Of a DNA stretch of 36,739 nt, positions 35,496-36,739 are shown piece by piece. Under the pieces are notes generated by a model that saw only the letters and a program-made list of their open reading frames with translations, was not told the origin of the DNA and ran no database searches. The position numbers and the translations under genes were made by a program. The first letter of the stretch is position 1, and every line of letters begins with the position of its first letter. The DNA comes from a virus (Duplodnaviria; Caudoviricetes): positions 1-36,739 of IMG/VR virus record IMGVR_UViG_3300031588_000005; one strand, given 5' to 3'.

Positions 35496-35720
35496 ATGAC
35501 CAAATTAAATGAATACTATGTGTCAAAAACAATTTTATTGACAGTATCAACCAAAGTCAAAGCCCCCAACTCATTGGAAGCAATTGATAAAGAGAATATT
35601 CCTTGGGACCTAGCAAGGGCAATAAAAGAAGGGTATTTGGAACAAGGTTCTCAATGTACTTTGACAACAAAGGTATGGGATAAAGAATACGAAAACTGCC
35701 TACTAGAACTAGACGGATAA
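35496..35720 (+). CDS. Hypothetical protein
   Basis: Motif-led ORF. Confidence 0.78.
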   Translation: MTKLNEYYVSKTILLTVSTKVKAPNSLEAIDKENIPWDLARAIKEGYLEQGSQCTLTTKVWDKEYENCLLELDG

Positions 35721-35730
35721 CATACTGACC

Positions 35731-36099
35731 ATGACAAAAATTCATATTGAATATGACATAGATAATGCGGCGTTCGACGAAACACCGCTACCAGAGACAA
35801 AAAGAATCTTTGCAGAAATAGTAGATCTTATCGCAAACGGAAATGACGGTGGAAGCATACAAGATATCAACGGAAATACGATTGGTTCTTGGAAAATCCA
35901 CGATTATACAGAACGCTACGAAGAAACCGAAATAGACAGGTTGAATAAGCACATGGATGAAATCTTAGAAGTTAAGGCGAGGCTTCTTGAAGAAAACATA
36001 GAGGATTACGACGCGAATGACATCGACCAACAAGCGGAAAACGATGCTATCTTTGAAGTGTTTTCCAAATACTACTCCGATATTCCATGGCCTGAGTGA
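35731..36099 (+). CDS. Conserved phage hypothetical
   Basis: DNAAF...E..RI...I.DINGNTIG motif. Confidence 0.82.
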   Translation: MTKIHIEYDIDNAAFDETPLPETKRIFAEIVDLIANGNDGGSIQDINGNTIGSWKIHDYTERYEETEIDRLNKHMDEILEVKARLLEENIEDYDANDIDQQAENDAIFEVFSKYYSDIPWPE

Positions 36100-36107
36100 T
36101 ACTGACC

Positions 36108-36410
36108 ATGACAGAAACATCAGATAAAATCTTAGAAGCACAAATGAAGGAGTGCTTTAGCTTCGAACCATCACAACTTGAAGCCCTGTTATTCAGGGCT
36201 CTTAGCAGAGCCTATGCAACAGGGATCAGAGATGAAGAAGCGAATGATGAGGCATACAACGCACTTTGTAGTGCTTCCTACGACGGAAGAAACGAATTAA
36301 GTTCTCATATTTGGGTAGAACCAGAAGAACAAGCAGAAAACAATCCACAAAGAGTGGACTGGGAACCAAGCGGCTCGATTTACGAGGGCGTGGTTACAGA
36401 GATGCGATAA
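36108..36410 (+). CDS. Hypothetical acidic protein
   Basis: Start moved to motif ATG. Confidence 0.78.
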   Translation: MTETSDKILEAQMKECFSFEPSQLEALLFRALSRAYATGIRDEEANDEAYNALCSASYDGRNELSSHIWVEPEEQAENNPQRVDWEPSGSIYEGVVTEMR

Positions 36411-36417
36411 ACTGACC

Positions 36418-36739
36418 ATGACAAGAAAAGAAACTAAAGATATTACAGCAAAACTACCAGAAGGAGTTAGAATAATGATTGACAGGAGTTATGTCGATCT
36501 AGGAGGTTTAGAGTGGAGATTAGGACTCGGGATGGAAGACGGATTTATCGTTCTCACATCAGAAGGGACAAAGGAATTCGAAGAAAGAATTTTCTACACG
36601 CAAAATTTCATCTTAGGTACAGAATTTAGAGTAGGAGAAGAACCAGACGGAGATATTGTACTCAATATCACTGATGAAGATCTTGATGTAGGGGAAGTAA
36701 ACCCCCTCTTTACAGTCGAGGAGCAATACCACAACATAT
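36418..36739 (+). CDS. Hypothetical protein (partial, runs off window)
   Basis: Motif-led; open to the window end. Confidence 0.8.
   Translation, partial: MTRKETKDITAKLPEGVRIMIDRSYVDLGGLEWRLGLGMEDGFIVLTSEGTKEFEERIFYTQNFILGTEFRVGEEPDGDIVLNITDEDLDVGEVNPLFTVEEQYHNI

Larger units (their letters stand above)
284..36420 (+). repeat. Dispersed gene-start motif ACT(G/T/A)A(C/T)C directly abutting ATG (dominant form ACTGACCATG, often ACTGACCATGAC)
   Basis: About 59 exact ACTGACCATG (e.g. 3522, 3883, 6149, 6389, 6713, 7058, 7316, 8184 ... 35724, 36101, 36411); ACTGACC without immediate ATG at 1456, 5444, 15501, 33738; ACTTACC at 284, 437, 530, 622, 812, 1029, 1713, 5013; ACTTATC at 1469, 1700, 5784; ACTAATC-ATG at 24350, 26950. 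Confidence 0.98.
1..36739 (+). mobile_element. Segment of a probable large archaeal virus / extrachromosomal element (early or accessory gene array)
   Basis: About 80 dense co-oriented small ORFs; phage/plasmid-type families (ArdA, DUF932, DUF3846, DUF6011, DUF6915, DUF6878, MTases); PCNA-like gene; no housekeeping operons; no structural genes seen. Confidence 0.8.

Noticed and set aside
110-35745. Minus-strand ORFs in the ORF track (e.g. 910-1323, 1836-2258, 15018-15401)
   Set aside because: They are antisense shadows of + strand genes or structured regions, with S/F/L-rich composition and no start motif or recognisable domains
551-36107. Upstream-extended ORF starts ending in ...LTM (e.g. 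551, 765, 4984, 8563, 9942, 18466, 25670, 29799, 33126)
   Set aside because: The extensions overlap upstream genes or structured elements and simply translate the motif (CTG/CTT ACC ATG); the motif ATG is the better start
284-36420. Resemblance to spliceosomal signals: ATACTTACC equals the U1 snRNA 5' end, its reverse complement GGTAAGT is a 5' splice site, and TACTGAC resembles a branch point; ACCATG is also Kozak-like
   Set aside because: ORFs are intact and intronless, no polypyrimidine/AG acceptor follows the motif, and the minus strand is non-coding. SD sites and gene content are prokaryotic, so the match is treated as coincidence.
6149-36420. CRISPR array or classical integron attC array
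   Set aside because: The repeat is only 7-12 bp with gene-sized variable spacing. There are no attC-like inverted repeats, and no cas or integrase gene is recognisable in the window.

Overview
A-rich window with about 80 mostly short genes, all on the + strand. It reads as the early/accessory region of a large archaeal virus or extrachromosomal element. Evidence: a PCNA-like clamp, a DUF3860-like gene and GGTGA Shine-Dalgarno sites (a Thermoplasmatota/Poseidoniales-type host is inferred), plus ArdA-like, DUF932-like, two methyltransferases, a radical SAM protein, a PAPS-reductase-like protein, an AAA+ ATPase and many Zn-finger microproteins. No capsid, terminase, integrase, tRNA, rRNA or CRISPR array was recognised. 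The outstanding feature is the 7-mer ACTGACC fused with zero spacing to the start codon of nearly every gene: about 59 exact ACTGACCATG copies by manual count, all on the + strand at gene junctions. In the first ~5.8 kb the variants ACTTACC/ACTTATC punctuate both ORFs and structured non-coding modules, including repeated H-type pseudoknots (one family with a compensatory base change) and a ~400-nt hairpin-dense segment. This suggests a punctuation system: a compact initiator/promoter, an RNA-processing site yielding leaderless mRNAs, or a cassette-recombination core. I do not recognise it as described. Many ORF-track starts were moved to the ATG following the motif. Family calls come from motif recognition, not database searches.
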